Positions 38,301 to 52,615 of a DNA stretch of 64,000 bases are shown here, in pieces (the stretch's first letter is position 1; each line of letters starts with the position of its first letter). Source of the stretch: Botryllus schlosseri. Its lineage: Eukaryota. The stretch lies in contig CM119372.1 in NCBI GenBank assembly GCA_051294905.1, forward strand, positions 11,472,001 through 11,536,000, written 5' to 3'. Position numbers and translations under genes: made by a program. A model generated the notes under the pieces. The model was not told the origin of the DNA. It was given only the letters and a program-made list of their open reading frames with translations, and did no database searches.

Positions 38301-41300
38301 CCGACAGGGCCAAACAAATCAAAACGGTAGCAAAAGTGAACGAGGACCCAACAGCTAAGCTCATTCGGGAATTGGAAGAAGAAAATTCCCGCCTGAAAGC
38401 CCTACTCCAGCAGGTATATGAGTAGCTGTACTAGCAAGATCTTAAGCTGAATTTTGTCAGCGTTATATTTCTGGTATCCTACACATCACGAATTCTTTCA
38501 GCAATCTTAAGTTGGGGATTGGCATAAATCGACTCGATTGAATCGTCTTACTTCATACCTGAATGTGTAGCTCTACGTACAGTCGTACAGTGGTGCACGG
38601 CAATCTGAAATCAGAATTGCATTTGATTGATGCCGATCGAATCAAGAATAACAGTCTGATTTTACAACGATCTGCAGGGTGGAGCTGCGACAGTGGCCGC
38701 TGCAGTCGCGACGGACGAAGAGGAATTGACCGAGAAAGAAAAAGAGCAAATGAGAAAAGAATACGAAGAGCTGATGAATGCGGCCGTTCAGGAAAACGAG
38801 AGAAAAATGAAAGACATGGAAAAAACTTGGGAGGAAAAATTACGGACAGCGCACGAGATGGTAAAGCTTTCATAATTGTTAGTTATATGTATGTGTGCAT
38901 TTGTAGCCGCGTTGAGTCTCCGAATTAAAATGGAACTCCAGAACCACGGGAAAACCTTACGATTCATAGCTCTGCGGAAAATATGCGTATGAGGTGTCAG
39001 CAAATCACTTCAACTTGTACAGATGTACACGGTGCAGTATTTCGATGCTCAGTCTATATACTTGTCGTTCAATGTCGGTTACATAGCGTCCCCTGACGAA
39101 GCCTAAATTCACAGTTTCACAGTTTCACTCCAGTCTACCTCTAGGCTTATACAATTACTATCAAAGAAACAGGACTTTATTAATAATATGATCCGTTGTT
39201 ATCAGTATGGAGATAAGCAAAATGAAGAAATAAGGAAAAAGATGAAAACCACGCCCCACTTGGGCAATCTAAACGCAGACCCGCAAATGTCGAATGTCAT
39301 AATCCACCTGATCGAAAAAGGAAAAGAATATCTGGTTGGGAAGCCGGGAGAAAAAACGGACATAGCCATGTCGGGAGCTGGGTAAATTCTATATATCAAT
39401 CACTATTTTCTTAGTAGCATATATGTTATATGAGATGCGCTATCTCTCTGGAGCGGAAGTGTTCATTATTTGGCTGGCTATACGACCATCGGATGCAGAT
39501 GTCGCCGTGACATACCAACTTAAGCAAACTAATAAATAAGGCCAACATTTTCGCTCCATTCTAATTATACCACACTTGCATATTACCACACTTCTGACTG
39601 AAATAAAAAAGTCAAAAATACCTCGTACCTAATTATTCCGCATTGTCACTTTTTTGCTGTTAGTTTGGGTTTTACTTTGGTCCTAATCGACTTAATATAA
39701 TGTCAATATCGCTATTTCTCTCATTACAACCAATGGCGATTCTTAACTGGGGTTCATCAAACGAACCCCAGGGGTTCGTTGAGCCAGTCCCAGGTGTTTG
39801 GCGGAGGTCAATACACACACCAGACTAATATCTTTTGAGATGAAACGCCGTTCCGGTCTTGGTCATCATTGGTTCCAGGGATTTATATGCGATGAGTAGT
39901 CGAATTGGGACTGTCGTGATGGACGTCTTGTGTAGTGGTGTACTCAGGGGAGGTGGGGTAGGGTGACATCAAAGCCATCTCCATTTGAAACACCGATTTA
40001 AAGGTTAATACATTTTTGTGGCCCAAATTCCGTACATGCTATAGCGCCCTCTAAAAGGGTTCAAAATGTGGTATGAATGCAGGGTTATCCATGTGACAAA
40101 AATCGCACGCAGCTCGTAAAAAGATATCAAATAGCATAAATCTTCGCCAAAATAAGATATTGTTAATGTTGATTGCCGAAACAATTTTCAGCTCCCTCCA
40201 AGCCTCCAGAATTCCGGGCATTTAGGCATATGCTGTCCGAGAAAGTCCGGACGTATGGTAACCCTTCTGTAACCGATAGTTATTATTAGCTGATTTCCAA
40301 TTTGTTTCAGCTTTTCAACCGAAGCATATACGTTGACTTTTTCACGTAATGTTCTCTCGTTCTTAACGCACTCCATCAGTCATGTGGTGGATATTTGTTT
40401 TTGTGATTAAGTGAAAATTTGGGTTTCGCCTTTTTTCACCTTGCGGACCTGTAAAATTTCAAAATATATTTGGCGGACAGGTGGACCATAAAAAATTAAA
40501 ATCCACCCCAAATGTAATGTATGCAGCCGTTTGTCTGCGGATGGTACTACTGCGGCAGGGGCCAACCTTTTTTGCTATTGACGGTCGCATTTCGATTACT
40601 TATATGGCATACGGCCGCATTCCATGACATAGTCGCAATGAACTATTGGACACCAAATACCCATGTTAAACTGTCCAGTGTCCATGTCCATTTCTAGTGA
40701 ACTCCTGACTAATCTACTTTTTCATATCGTCTTACTATACGCACCGAAATTGCTACATAGTGGTCATGTTATGAATAATGACTTAGGTCGGTTATGGTCG
40801 CGCCAGGCGCGAAAATTTTTTCAGATTCACTAATGAATTTCGTCATTAATATTCGTAGTTTCACATATTACCATCAAATATTTATCCTTTCTCAGCCAAA
40901 GCGGCCAGATTCATCGGTAGAGTTGAAGGAAGGGTAGTTTGCGAAATTTTAGGGCAAGTTATAAATGATGATGCATCTTCGGGTGGGTCAATTGTTAGTA
41001 AAGTCACTTTGTGGCGAGTTGTTTTTTCTTGACCTCCCATCAGGATTGTCGGTAAAGTGGAAAGATATCAACTCCCAAACGCACCAGAAACAAATTCTTT
41101 CATGAGGAGAGCACGATTCCACGTTGGTATTTCTATGTGGCCGGGGGCGGGAACCTATGGCTCGCGAGCCATATTTGGCTCTTTTGGGTGTAAGATAGGG
41201 CCTTTTGCCAAATTTTGATTTTATTTCCTAATTTTTCAATATTGCAGCAACTTGTTAGTAAATTTGGTTGGGCTGGGGGCTCGGACCCCCTTTTCAAAAT

Positions 41301-44300
41301 CCTCAAATTTAAGTTGGAAAAGATGTAGCTTGCAAAAGATATGTAACTCATGTTTCGCATGCTCAAATAAGGCAACCAGCATGATTAGTAAGAGATGTCA
41401 TATGGCGCATAAGAAGAATCACATGTAGTGAGTTCGAATTAGTGCAACCATGACGTCACGAAATTTCAATTTTGACGTAAAAGTTGATTGACATGTATTG
41501 CTGTTTGATGGTTAGAGTTAGATCGAAAATATAGGGTCAATATGGCTCTTTGGACGAAAAAGGTTCCCCTGCAGTATACGGGGTGCATCATTTTGCTCCG
41601 CTGTTCGCATCTGTACTGTTGGGCTCAGATTACAAATGGCGGCAAGACTATATTAAAATAGAAAAATTAAGTCGTACTGAATCGCGGCTAGCGCGAAGAA
41701 AATTTCAAGAATAATTAAAATATCTCCAAAATTCGTGAGTCAATTCGTAAATTCAACTTTCATGTCGACGGCCGCCAACACATACTAATTGAATTACATG
41801 TCCATGTCCACGACCGCAAAAATTTCCTTCTACAGGTTGGCCACAGGTTGGCAACAGGCAAGTGACATTTTGCGGGTTTTGTTTGTAATTAAATACGTTT
41901 ATGATGTAATTCATGTAATTTTACGGTAGTGCCTGCTCAGTATACCGAGTAGAGGTAAAATTGATGTGCCCTGATAAACATTGGCTAATTTCACGCCAAA
42001 GGACGTGGATTAACCGAACGCGCCAACTCGAATAATATTCTTTTCTTCGACAATATCCAGAGATGAAGCGTTTTGGAGTAAGACTAAGCACCTTGTCGAG
42101 CTATCTTGCTCATTTCTCAATACATCCAGAGGTAGCTTACTACGAGTACAATGCGCCGCACGAAAATACTTGGCTATCGACCAAATTAATGATTCTAAAA
42201 CGAATGATCGTACTATTTGCGTGCTTTAGCGAGTCAGCTCGTACTTAGCGAACCGCCCGCATGTCGTCATCGGAGCCAACTTGAACTTGAAGTCAAATCG
42301 AACATGTTTCCGGGCCAATTTTACCTCACGAAATTCTGCATCAGTTTATAATTTGCCGTTTCATTTATTTTACCAATGGACAAGCCCCGCATCTTGAAAT
42401 TAAGGTATAAAATCTTAATATACCTCGCGGACCGGCGGTTGAGAACCACTGGATTAGAGTACGAGTTCGCCAGAGTAGAAGTCAAGAACCAGTGGTATAA
42501 CCCATTTCAGTGGTTCTCAAGCTGTGGTACGCGAGGAGTAGCCTATACTGTGAGTAATGTCACACCCAAAATTGACGAGGTCCTGCATAATAAACACTTT
42601 ACAATATCTCTTTAAATGGTGTTTCATTATTGTCCATTTGTGTTGTGGTATAGTAGGCTTTTAAAAAGGAATAACCAATGAACACCGGTATATTCATGTA
42701 ACATTAGTAATTCAGGTGGTACGCCATGTGATGTAAAACAAGTGAGTGGTACGCGATGGGTAAAAGTTTTGGAAACACTGGATATAATTAGTTTTGCTGG
42801 GCGGGATACTGAGAGGTTCGCGATCGACTTAGTGAGCAGGCCTGCTTTAGAATATGTTCTCGTACATTTGAAGTCGCTACAATGCAACCTATCGCACCAC
42901 CATTCATCCTCGACTTGCCATCACAACTCTATATTTTTACAGCATCGAAGAAGATCACGCCATCCTGCAATATGTAGGTGACAACAACGTCTTCATCAAA
43001 ATTGCTGATCCAGATGCAAAAGTTCGTTTCAACGGAGAGTTACTTGTTCATGGTGATTCCGTGCAACTTCGACACAACGATAGGTGATCACAATATATGA
43101 ACTATATGGCAGCCGGGAAAAATATCGATTGTCAAAACCGCGCGACATTCAAAATAACGATTAATTCAAAATACTGAGTTATTCAAAGTTCGGGTTTGAG
43201 GTTAGATTAGGGTATGGTCATTGGTCATGTTAGGGTTGGGCTTGGGTTCTGGCTCGTGATATTTTGAATTAATCGCTAACATAATAGTCGGTCTTTTAGC
43301 ATTCGCTGCTTTAAACCCGATTCGATCCATACATATAAATATGTATAGGTGGTCAGTAAAGAAATACTACTATTGCCAAGATAGCGTAATGGTGTAGCAC
43401 CCGGCTTCTTGACGGTAGGTCGTGGGTTTGATCCCCGACCGTGTAAGACCGAAAACCTGATTGTAACGTTTAGGGTTGAAATTGAACAAATCGGTGTTTT
43501 AAAACATGTTTTAAACAAATGCCTTTAAATTTTTTTTTTCAAACGTCTAATTATGCCATATTGTGTAAATACTTTCGAAAAAATATGAAGTGTGAGCCTA
43601 TGGACGATTTGCACCCAATATAGTCGACGTACACGATGGGGGGTGGCAGCTACTCTCGGAATCGTCGTCGGTCCAACAGTTATAGCATGTAGATTGTAGC
43701 TATAGATCATTGGTACGGAATGGGTGTTCTGATGATGAAGACCGCCGACAGTAAAAATGCTGCATAACGATTTAGTCCTGGTTAAAAATATTTTTGGTCT
43801 GTTTATGACAGTGGTCGGAAACCCTTTTCGTCGAAGGAGCCATATTTACCCTATATTTTCAATTGATAATGTCAATCTATTGTGACGTCACAACCAAATA
43901 TTGTGACGTCACCGTTAAAACTGAAAACAAAAACAATAAAAAAAAAACAGATTTTATACATGGGCCATGCTTTAAACATGTTTGTTTTAAATTGATTTTT
44001 TGTTTTAATTGCAACCCTGGTATCCAGGACTTCCCCGCTTGGCGCTCAGCACTACCGGGTTAGCCTGGAGGCGAGGTGCAAGACTTAGAAAGCCTTACAA
44101 GGCTGTATATGCACCTTCCCTGTCCAGCGGCATATGCACATCATGCATTCATGGTATACATATGAGCAGATCGTGAGTATGTATATCCATGAGTCGTTGT
44201 ATATGCCGCAAAAACATCAAAGACAGAAATATACAACGTCCTACCCTAATTTTTTTAAAGTACCCAAGTAGGTTTTGCTTACTATCACTCTCCTTGATCA

Positions 44301-47155
44301 AGTGGTTGTGATTTGAGACTAATTTTACTTCACAGTATTCATGGCCTAGAATACATGGATATATTCGGAAATCGCTAATTCTACTTGCTCTTGAGTGGAA
44401 ATTTACGATGTTACTTCTACTTTTATTTGAGTACAATCGATGACTACTATGACTACCTCTGTATATCAGTATTAATAGTTAGTAATCCTATTAGTATCCG
44501 ACCTACATAGGCCTACATAGACGGCAATGCATAAAATAGAATGTCACGGTGATATGATTACAGTATTTTTCATTATTGCGATCATTCGTCTCATCACTCA
44601 CTTCTGATCTTCGGAATATATATGTGCTTCACTTTGTATGTGCCAGTTCAGCTTATAGCATCGATGAAACTTGGTGATATCAACGCATTCGTGATCGTAA
44701 AGCCGTGCAGCAGTAAAGTCGCCGAGAATATTTTCACCTCTCCATAACGTTTCTTGTATCCCGTCGGTCGCTAGTAATTGGCATCAAAAGGTGGCTCATA
44801 ATATAGTCACCAATACATTCCAACAGGCTTCTGTTTGGCTCTTCTCATTTATACGTCTTCGCCGATCCCGTCCAGAACAATGCATCGCCCCAGACTTTGT
44901 CTGAGGTAACCTACGAAATGGCCCAGGACGAGATCTCAACATGCATTGGACTGAGTTCAGCGGAGGAAAAATCGAAAGGTTTGCTAAAAACTAGCAAGAC
45001 TATCAAAGCTATAGGTGTAGACGACTCGGATTAATCGCCGTAATGCGTTTATACAGATGAAGCCGTTATCAGAGAAACGTTGGCCGAATTGCGACCCGCG
45101 GTGGATGAAGCAAACTCCATAAGCGAAGCCTTGGATCAGAAAGTGAAGTTCGACGTTCTTGTAGTACCCCCGCAATACCGAGGTGTGGACAGCGGTAATA
45201 CCGAGGTAAAAAGGGGAAAGTTGCTTTTTTAGCCGCGGTCGATGGCGTGAGTATAAAAACTGACTTATTTTAGGTCATGGTGAGGATGAGCCATTTGGAA
45301 AACGGAATGTCTTGGGTATGGACGAAAGAAGAATTTACCAACAGAAAATTCATCATGCAAGAGTTGTACGAAGATACCGAACCGGGTCAGAAACCCAGCC
45401 AGGTTGGTCACAATAGCATACTGCTAGGGTTGCATTTTAAACAGGAGGTGTTTTAAACAATTGTTTTGAGCAGTTAAATAAATATATCACAATATCTGTA
45501 TATACTGTCGAAAAACATAGAGTATGAGCCTCATGACGACTCGCACTAGACATAGTCGATGTAGCCTATATACCAGGGGTGGGCAATTATTTTCCTACGC
45601 GGGCCAAATGAGAACTAGAAAATACCTTGGCGGGCGTAGTGAAATTTTTTAGCTATATTCTCCAGTGTATTTTAAATTTATTTCTAAATTACATTGTTAA
45701 TAAATGCTGCTGAGTGAATGTGTTGATGTTAGGTAATGAGAAAGTGGCGGTTAATTAAAAAATATCTATTCGCCGTCATGATTCGAAGTAATGTTAAACA
45801 TGATGCATTTTTAACTCTCTTTAGAACTCTATCCACGTTCTTCTATTAAGACACTAAAACAGTGGTCCTCAAACTTTTTTTAGACACTCCCCCATTTATA
45901 ATAGTGAAAAATTTCGCGCCGACCCCTCTATCATGATATCACAGCATATTAAAAAGAGTAACCAGCATAGTAGCAATCTCGACGGATAGTTTGATGGCAT
46001 GGAAGGTTATGGTTGTTGATGAGAGATTTCTGTAATATCAAAGTCGGACAATAAACAGAGCAATAAAGTATAAGCTGGGGTTAAATGGCGCGGAACGCGA
46101 AAATTTTTTTCATTCATCTTCAGCTTCGCGCCTCCCTCCAGATGCATTCACGCCCATCAGTTCGAGAAACCACTGCACTGAAATGTATATGGGATAGTAC
46201 AAAGCTTGTCTTGGTTGCTGCATTCCGAACAGTGTGCAGCTCAAATAGTCTTGATGTCGAGCGAAGTTTTCTTAAATTCAACCTCCCCTGACCGAGTGTT
46301 TCGTGCTCGGCAAAAACTTAAAGGACGGGTTTACCCCAAACTCCAGTTTACAAATATTTAGTGCTCTAAACCTTCTTCGAATTTCAGATTTCGGCTTTCA
46401 CTTTTTGATAGGTCCGCTCATCTTTTATGGGTGATAGATATATGATGAGTCATATAGTAATCGCGAGCACCGATTGACTTGTTTTTCGAATTAAGGATTT
46501 GGAAACGCCTCACGTAACAATTTGAAACACGTAGCCTATACCCGTATAATGCGTAATGTGACAATGGCACCAAAGAAGGTTTGACTTAAACTATATTGAA
46601 ATAGTGATTTCTTGTGAATATAATTGTTAGTCATACTTTGCCACATTGCCTTTATTTTGAATCTGGATTACGCATGCGAGGTATGTATAAGCAGCGTAAT
46701 CGTGGCATATGAATGAACAGGCTTCAAAGTAAACGAATTAGGCTACCTGTTTAGTTGATACAGCCTATGGTTTTAGTCCATGCTTCAACATTCAAAAAGC
46801 AGGTTTAATGTTATGAATTCCAAGCAACCTTTCGCGGGCCGCACAGAATGGCTTCGCGGGCCGCACTTTGCCCAGGCCTGCTATGTACGATATGGTGGTA
46901 ACCCGCGAAATCGTGGTCAGTTCAACAGTTTTAGCAAGTACTTATACATCACTGGGACGGAATGGACAGAGGTGGTCAGCAACGAAGTACTTCTACTTTT
47001 TTGAAGTACTCAGATTGTTTTCCTCTACTTCTAGTACTTACTCAAGTAAAACTAATTTTTCACTACTTTCACTTCTACTTCGTAATATTTTGTGATTTAC
47101 GTACTTGCATTCGCTATTTGCAGTTCGTGAAAGAGAAGTGTTATATATTTCCAAT

Positions 47156-47186
<31 letters not shown>

Positions 47187-50100
47187 ACTTTTCTCACGGA
47201 GTTTACCCACAATAATTTGACTATCACAAAAGCGCGAAATAGACATTGAGAGACAAGTACGATGTTTTCGCGAAAGTGTTGGTCAGTATCATTCAGGTAG
47301 CAGGTTTCTTTCATACCGTATATTGTCGCTCCATAGGACATGTTTCATCACAGTCAATATGGCTCAGAAAAAGATTTCGAACTATCTAACCGTAATCTAG
47401 CATTCTAGCCGCACAGCGAGTGTTCAATTAGGGAAATAATGGTACTTGACTTTTTAGCGTTAGAGCGTCAACAACTGTTGAAAATGTATCGACAAAATAC
47501 ATAAAGTATTATGTTCGTCGTTATCCAAATATTGTAGTTGTATTTCTCTTATGCATGGTATCGGTCCAGACAGGTCTTCTAATTAACCTGAGTTCTTTTG
47601 TCCGGAGTACATGCACGTAGAGGAGGCTTAAAATTAAAATTTACATCCCAATTTTCAATATCGTGAGTTACATTAGCAGCGATGTTACCGACAAAACAAC
47701 TTCAACATGGGCTGCCCTCAACTGCCGTTACGGGCTTCTCCAACTTCTCCAGTCGGCGGGAGTAACATAGAAAAATGAAGTAGGCCTTCTTGGCGGGCCG
47801 GATTCCTGAATCGATATTTTCATCGCGTATTTATCCACGTATACAAAGAATATATCGTATTTAACTATAGGCTCATCTTCGCCACGTGGTCTGCGTAAGC
47901 GGTGTCTTATAAAAAAAGCCTGTGGGCCGTGCTACAAGTTGGTAAATACGGAATAGAAAACAAAGAGTATCGGCCTGGTGTAAAATGACCAATGTAGTCG
48001 AAACATCAAGAATATCAAAAAATACAATATCGCATTTTATGTAAACTGTAAGTTTAAAGCGTAGAGACCAAAACAGCATTCAATGAATTTATTACCGCAA
48101 TGTACGTGTACGTGCATATAGCTCTTGAAGTTAATAAGACATCTACATCTGTGGTCGAACAAATTTGTCAACAAGTTCATTGATCTCTGGCTGCATGTCG
48201 GATGTAGAAACCCTTGGTAAGAACTACAGAAAAACCTACGTTCACTATAATTTACGTATAGGCAGCAAGTAGTGGGCAATTGCGGCAGACTGTGACCGCG
48301 GGCTACATTATCATGTAAGAAGGGAAACTGTCCGCGGGCCGCTGAAATCCCGTCACTGGTTGTATGTTTTTGGTATTCATGGCGTTTCTCGACGATTTAC
48401 ACCTGGCCAATTTTCTTCATTTTTATTCCGTAACTGCCGACTTGTAAGCTTTTATGAGACACCGCTTACATGGATGAGATGACGAGGAGGAGCCTGGATA
48501 AACCTCCAACACTTAGGTACCAATTGTGGAGTCGACCTCGGTCGGACTCGAACCCGCAACGCATCGATGTTGCCGCTGTGGATTATACCACTACGTTTTC
48601 TCGCTACGGGCTGTATCTTGCCTGCCCCTGATGTAGAACCTATGCTTCCAGCGACGAGTTTTACGGCTAAGAAACCATTCATTCAATCAATCCTCTTGGT
48701 ATGTATGGTATCTGTTTTCAGGAAAACAACCCGTTCGTTGAGGGGACGTCGGAAGACGTATTGATCGGATCGGCTGTAGTTTCTCCGCGATGCCTCACTT
48801 ACATGATTGGCATGAGACAACAATTCACTATAATTGGGTACGGGGGCGAAACCGTAGGAGTCCTGAATGTAACGAACGTCTTCAATGTCGAGTGGCGGTT
48901 GCGTCCGATTAATTTTAATTCGTTGTTCACAGGGCGGTCTCATTCCGTTCAACTTTAAAGGGAAAGAGATCAAGGAAGACGACGAGACCGATTATATTGA
49001 CGACCCGAGGGATCTGCTAGGAAAAACCTACAAAGTCAAAGTGAACATAGAAAGTGCTCGAGGTCTTCCAAAGCGATTTAAGGTTAGCCATATCTTGCCA
49101 CAGTATTGCAGGTATTGGAATATGTTAATACTAGCTGTCGATATCTATATATTGAGACGACGTGACCAGTGACCACATGGGTACACTGTGCATAACCACA
49201 TGGCACGGATAAAAAGGTACTGCTGTGAAAACACTGCCGTTTGGAGGCAGGAAGCTGTTGAAGTGTTGATTCGTGGAGGCCATAATCGAAACGAAGGGTA
49301 TACGGATAATGTAGTATTAGGCCACATCTCACTTTCGATCTATTTGTTGTTGGACAATCAAATTTTGAAAACTGTCGTAGTCCGCATAAAATATCCTGGC
49401 GCGCCAGAAAATGTTCGCGGGATTTAACCTCCATGCCCCTGAAGTAGGCTACGCAGTCACGGTAAAAACTTATCATTGGACCATGCTCATCGCATTTCAT
49501 TCACAACGTCCGGAGTTTCGTCATGTTTTATAAATCGTAATGTTATTGCATTATTTGCAGGAGGTGTTTGTCAAGTACGACATGTTCCTCGAATCGGGCA
49601 AAAAAACAAAAGTCGTGAGCGGGACAACTAATCCAGATTTTGGATTCGCCGCGACCCATCAATTCAAGCCAGTAACGGCGGAGTTGCTTTCGTGGTTGAA
49701 AAATGGAAACTTGATATGTAGCTCATTAGAACACGAATACGAAGACAATGTGCCGGATTTCTGTATATTTAGTTCAGGTATGGGGGAAGCAACAGGAGGT
49801 GGTGGTTGCCGCGCGACGACTACTCACTACGAAACAATTGAGCAAAACGGCCTCGCTTGCCGCTACGGCTGCTCAGCTGAAACAGTCTCAGTCCAAGTGG
49901 AAGGTATAGCATAGCATGGAAATTGTTGTATAATCACGGTAGAATGTATATTCTATAGAATGTCAACACTGTACCGTACAAAGCTTCGCATAGACTTAGC
50001 CTTCCATAAAAGCTATCACATGATTCACATCCCGGTCAAACTACATGTTCCGCAAAATCTGTGCAGTGTGCAGTTGTGTGCAAAACTTGCCTGCTTTGCA

Positions 50101-51029
50101 CTATAATAAAATACAAGAAAGTGTCTACAATTCTATATGCGTAGGCCGAACTGTCTTCACTGGCAGTAGTAGCGGCAATATTCTGTATCGTTTCTCTATA
50201 CAAAGTGCACCATGCTTATTCGTCGTTTTTAAATATCATTGTATTTGCACCTAGGAAGTTACCAATGATAAAGTGATGCGGGGAATTCTACAGCGAAGAT
50301 GTGATAATTTGGGAGACAAACTGGTATGTGAGAAGGTTATTTCCAAACAAAATACATAACAAACAGACGACCATGATGGTGGTACAGAAAATATGCATGC
50401 GCAGTATTCGGTACCAGATATGAATGATCGATACGACCTTGAAGGTCAACTAGTGTGATCAAACCTACATTAAACAGGTAGAAGTTCAAGGCAAGATCGG
50501 GCTATTGCTGACCTTTTCTGAAAGCCCCATGAAAGTTGAAAATTAGTAGAAATTCAAAGTACGATTTCTAATGCAACTTCAAAATAATCAAAAATTCATA
50601 TCCATCCCAATTCGGCTAAAATGATCAAATTCCTTTTGTTCAACTCCAAACCGTATTCCATGCCAAAATTGCCCATAGTCATCGTCAGTGAATATAGCCA
50701 AAGTAGCGAAACTGTTGTGAACATAAATTTTATAGCATCGAGTAAGGAAGATGATTGAAGCTCTTGAAGACAAGAAGGTGAAGACCGTTAAAATAGCGTC
50801 TGTGAAGAAAGTTCTTGATAGCCAGCCCGATTCTGACGCTCTTGATCAAATGATCCAGTAAGTGATTCAACTGACAACAATAATGTTTACTTGACTGCTA
50901 CCTATATATAATCTCCTTGCGGTCGGCAACGTGCTTATTTATTAAATTCAATTTCGCAGGAAAATAATGGAAGCCAACAAAGACAATGGAGATTCCAGCC
51001 AAAAATCACAAGCATGTCATATAATGTAG
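29384..51029 (+). CDS. KIF28: Kinesin-3 family motor, KIF28/KLP-6-like (~24 exons: motor, coiled coil, FHA, C2-like tail, C-terminal CaaX)
   Basis: Motifs: [32 protein letters not shown]-loop [10 protein letters not shown] (32543-32570), [76 protein letters not shown]. It ends SQACHIM* at 51029. Confidence 0.88.
29426..30010 (+). other. U12-type (minor spliceosome) AT-AC intron
   Basis: 5' site ATATCCTTTT, branch site TTCCTTAAC at 29993-30001, and 3' AC at 30009-30010. Removal joins RVRPF|NQRE in frame. Confidence 0.95.
31421..31785. mobile_element. MITE family B
   Basis: TIR TAGGCTTACCATA / TATGGTAACCCTA; TSD CCTATATT/CCTATCTT. Confidence 0.88.
33204..34429. mobile_element. hAT-like element family G with internally duplicated left end
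   Basis: Ends CAGGGCCATAAC / GTTACGGCCCTG with a perfect TSD CTTTGAGA. The left-end sequence is repeated at ~33560. Confidence 0.9.
35620..35931. mobile_element. hAT/Charlie-like MITE (second copy ~42508-42780)
   Basis: gtggttctcaa...ttgataatcactg ends, gtggtacgc repeats, TSD CTCTGCAT/CTCTACAT. Confidence 0.7.
36708..37360. mobile_element. hAT/Charlie-like non-autonomous element
   Basis: TIR CAGGGGTGTC(G/A)AAC / GTTTGACACCCCTG with a perfect TSD CTTTAAAT. Confidence 0.9.
43373..43450 (+). mobile_element. tRNA-derived SINE head / pseudo-tRNA
   Basis: A box tagcgtaatgg and B box ggtttgatccc at tRNA-like spacing, but no valid cloverleaf. Confidence 0.5.
45574..46880. mobile_element. hAT/Charlie-like element with nested family C MITE (~45860-46175)
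   Basis: Ends CAGGGGTGGGCAA / TTGCCCAGGCCTG; TSD CTATATAC/CTATGTAC. Confidence 0.82.
48430..48620 (-). mobile_element. Degenerate tRNA-derived SINE
   Basis: Minus-strand B box ggttcgagtcc is followed by ccgaggtcgactc, which resembles the Meta-SINE conserved domain. Confidence 0.45.
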
Positions 51030-52615
51030 ATTTTTGTATCTGATGTAATCTACAGCTCACAGAATGTCGCATATTCTGGCATAAATGTGTCTTTTTGTGA
51101 TTCATGTATTATAGCCTATGTATGTAAGATATATCCATGGTTGCCATACCGTCCTTATTTCAGCGATTTGTCCTTATTTCTGATTTGTGTCGTTAATTTG
51201 TCTTATTTGCAATGAGGCCGGGATTAGGACTGGGGAGAGATTTTTAGTAATCAGCTTGCCAACGATGCCGCGAACAGATGTTGGAAACTATACACTACCT
51301 TCGAGTCAGAGGTCGAGTTACTCTATTCCCGAAAGTGACTCGAGTCAAGTCAAGTCACGCAATTCTTGGAGGTGACTATATAGAGTAAAGTCAAATCAGG
51401 TGAGGTCAAAATAAAGTCAATTCAAGTAGAGTTGTCAAAGTAAGAGCAGAGTAAAATAGGAGAAAATTATACCGATTAAGTAATTGCATTTTGCAAGATG
51501 AATGAAGTAATGACTGACTAAGTTGCTATTTATTGTGGATCGATAAATTGATATAAATTTAATTATGATTGCAAAAGGGCGTTGCAACTACGGTTGCATT
51601 TAAAACGCTTTGTTTAAAACATTTAATAAACAGTGCTTTGAACAAATGCCTTTAAAACATTGTTTTTTTTTCAAACGTTGTCTAATTTATACCGTAATTG
51701 TGTAAATACGTCCGAAAAGCCATGTAGTATGAACCTACGGACGATTTGCACCCATAATGGTCGACGTATACGATGTGGGGTGGCTGGAACCCTCGAAATC
51801 GTCACCGGTTCAACAGTTTTAGCAAGTAGATATAGATCAGTGGTCGGGAACCTATGGCTCGAAACCATATATGGCTCTTTTGGGTATAAGATATGGCTAT
51901 TTGACATATTTTAAAGTTTTTCCTTAATCTTATCAATATTGAAGCAACTTGTTAGTAAATTTTCATAACGGCCAGAATAATTATTCACGTGACAGCATAA
52001 ACATATATTCGAGAGGTCAAGACAGTGACGTATCCAGGGTCACCGGCTCGAACCCCTCTATAAAATCCTCAGATTTAAGTTGCTGTAGCCCCGATGTACC
52101 CGACATCGCGCGTCGCGTAATCTTGGATAGTACCATACGTTGATTGATGAAAGAGAATAGCAGACATGGAGACGCCTATATGACAATCTAGTTTTCGAAT
52201 GTACATTGTCTTCCTGATCTACACCGAGAAATGAACTGCCTTGGAAGTGACATTCCTATTTCAAATTCAAATTACAAACAACGCTTCGATATCTACGTTC
52301 TTGATTGTTAAGTAGCTTTCTAGTACTGCCGTTAAAATGTAGGCGTGTAGTGCAACATCTGTGTTACCACCGAATACTTTGAGAATTGAGAAGTCGATCA
52401 ATATTTAGATTTTCGGAAGCAGTGCTATAGTTTTTATATTAGATTAATATCAGTCAATATAAATTCAGAACTATTTACGATGAATTGCGCTATCACAGGA
52501 TGATTAGTAGCCTCCGAGTTTTTACAGAGAAAATATGGCGCTCACCATGATCTTTGATCTCGGAACACCTCGGATACTAAAAATAACAGCAACGCATCAG
52601 AGTAGCACTTCGCGG

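Noticed and set aside
43373..43450. Functional tRNA genes here and at 52616-52690
   Set aside because: A/B boxes are present but the acceptor and anticodon stems do not pair, so they are treated as SINE heads.
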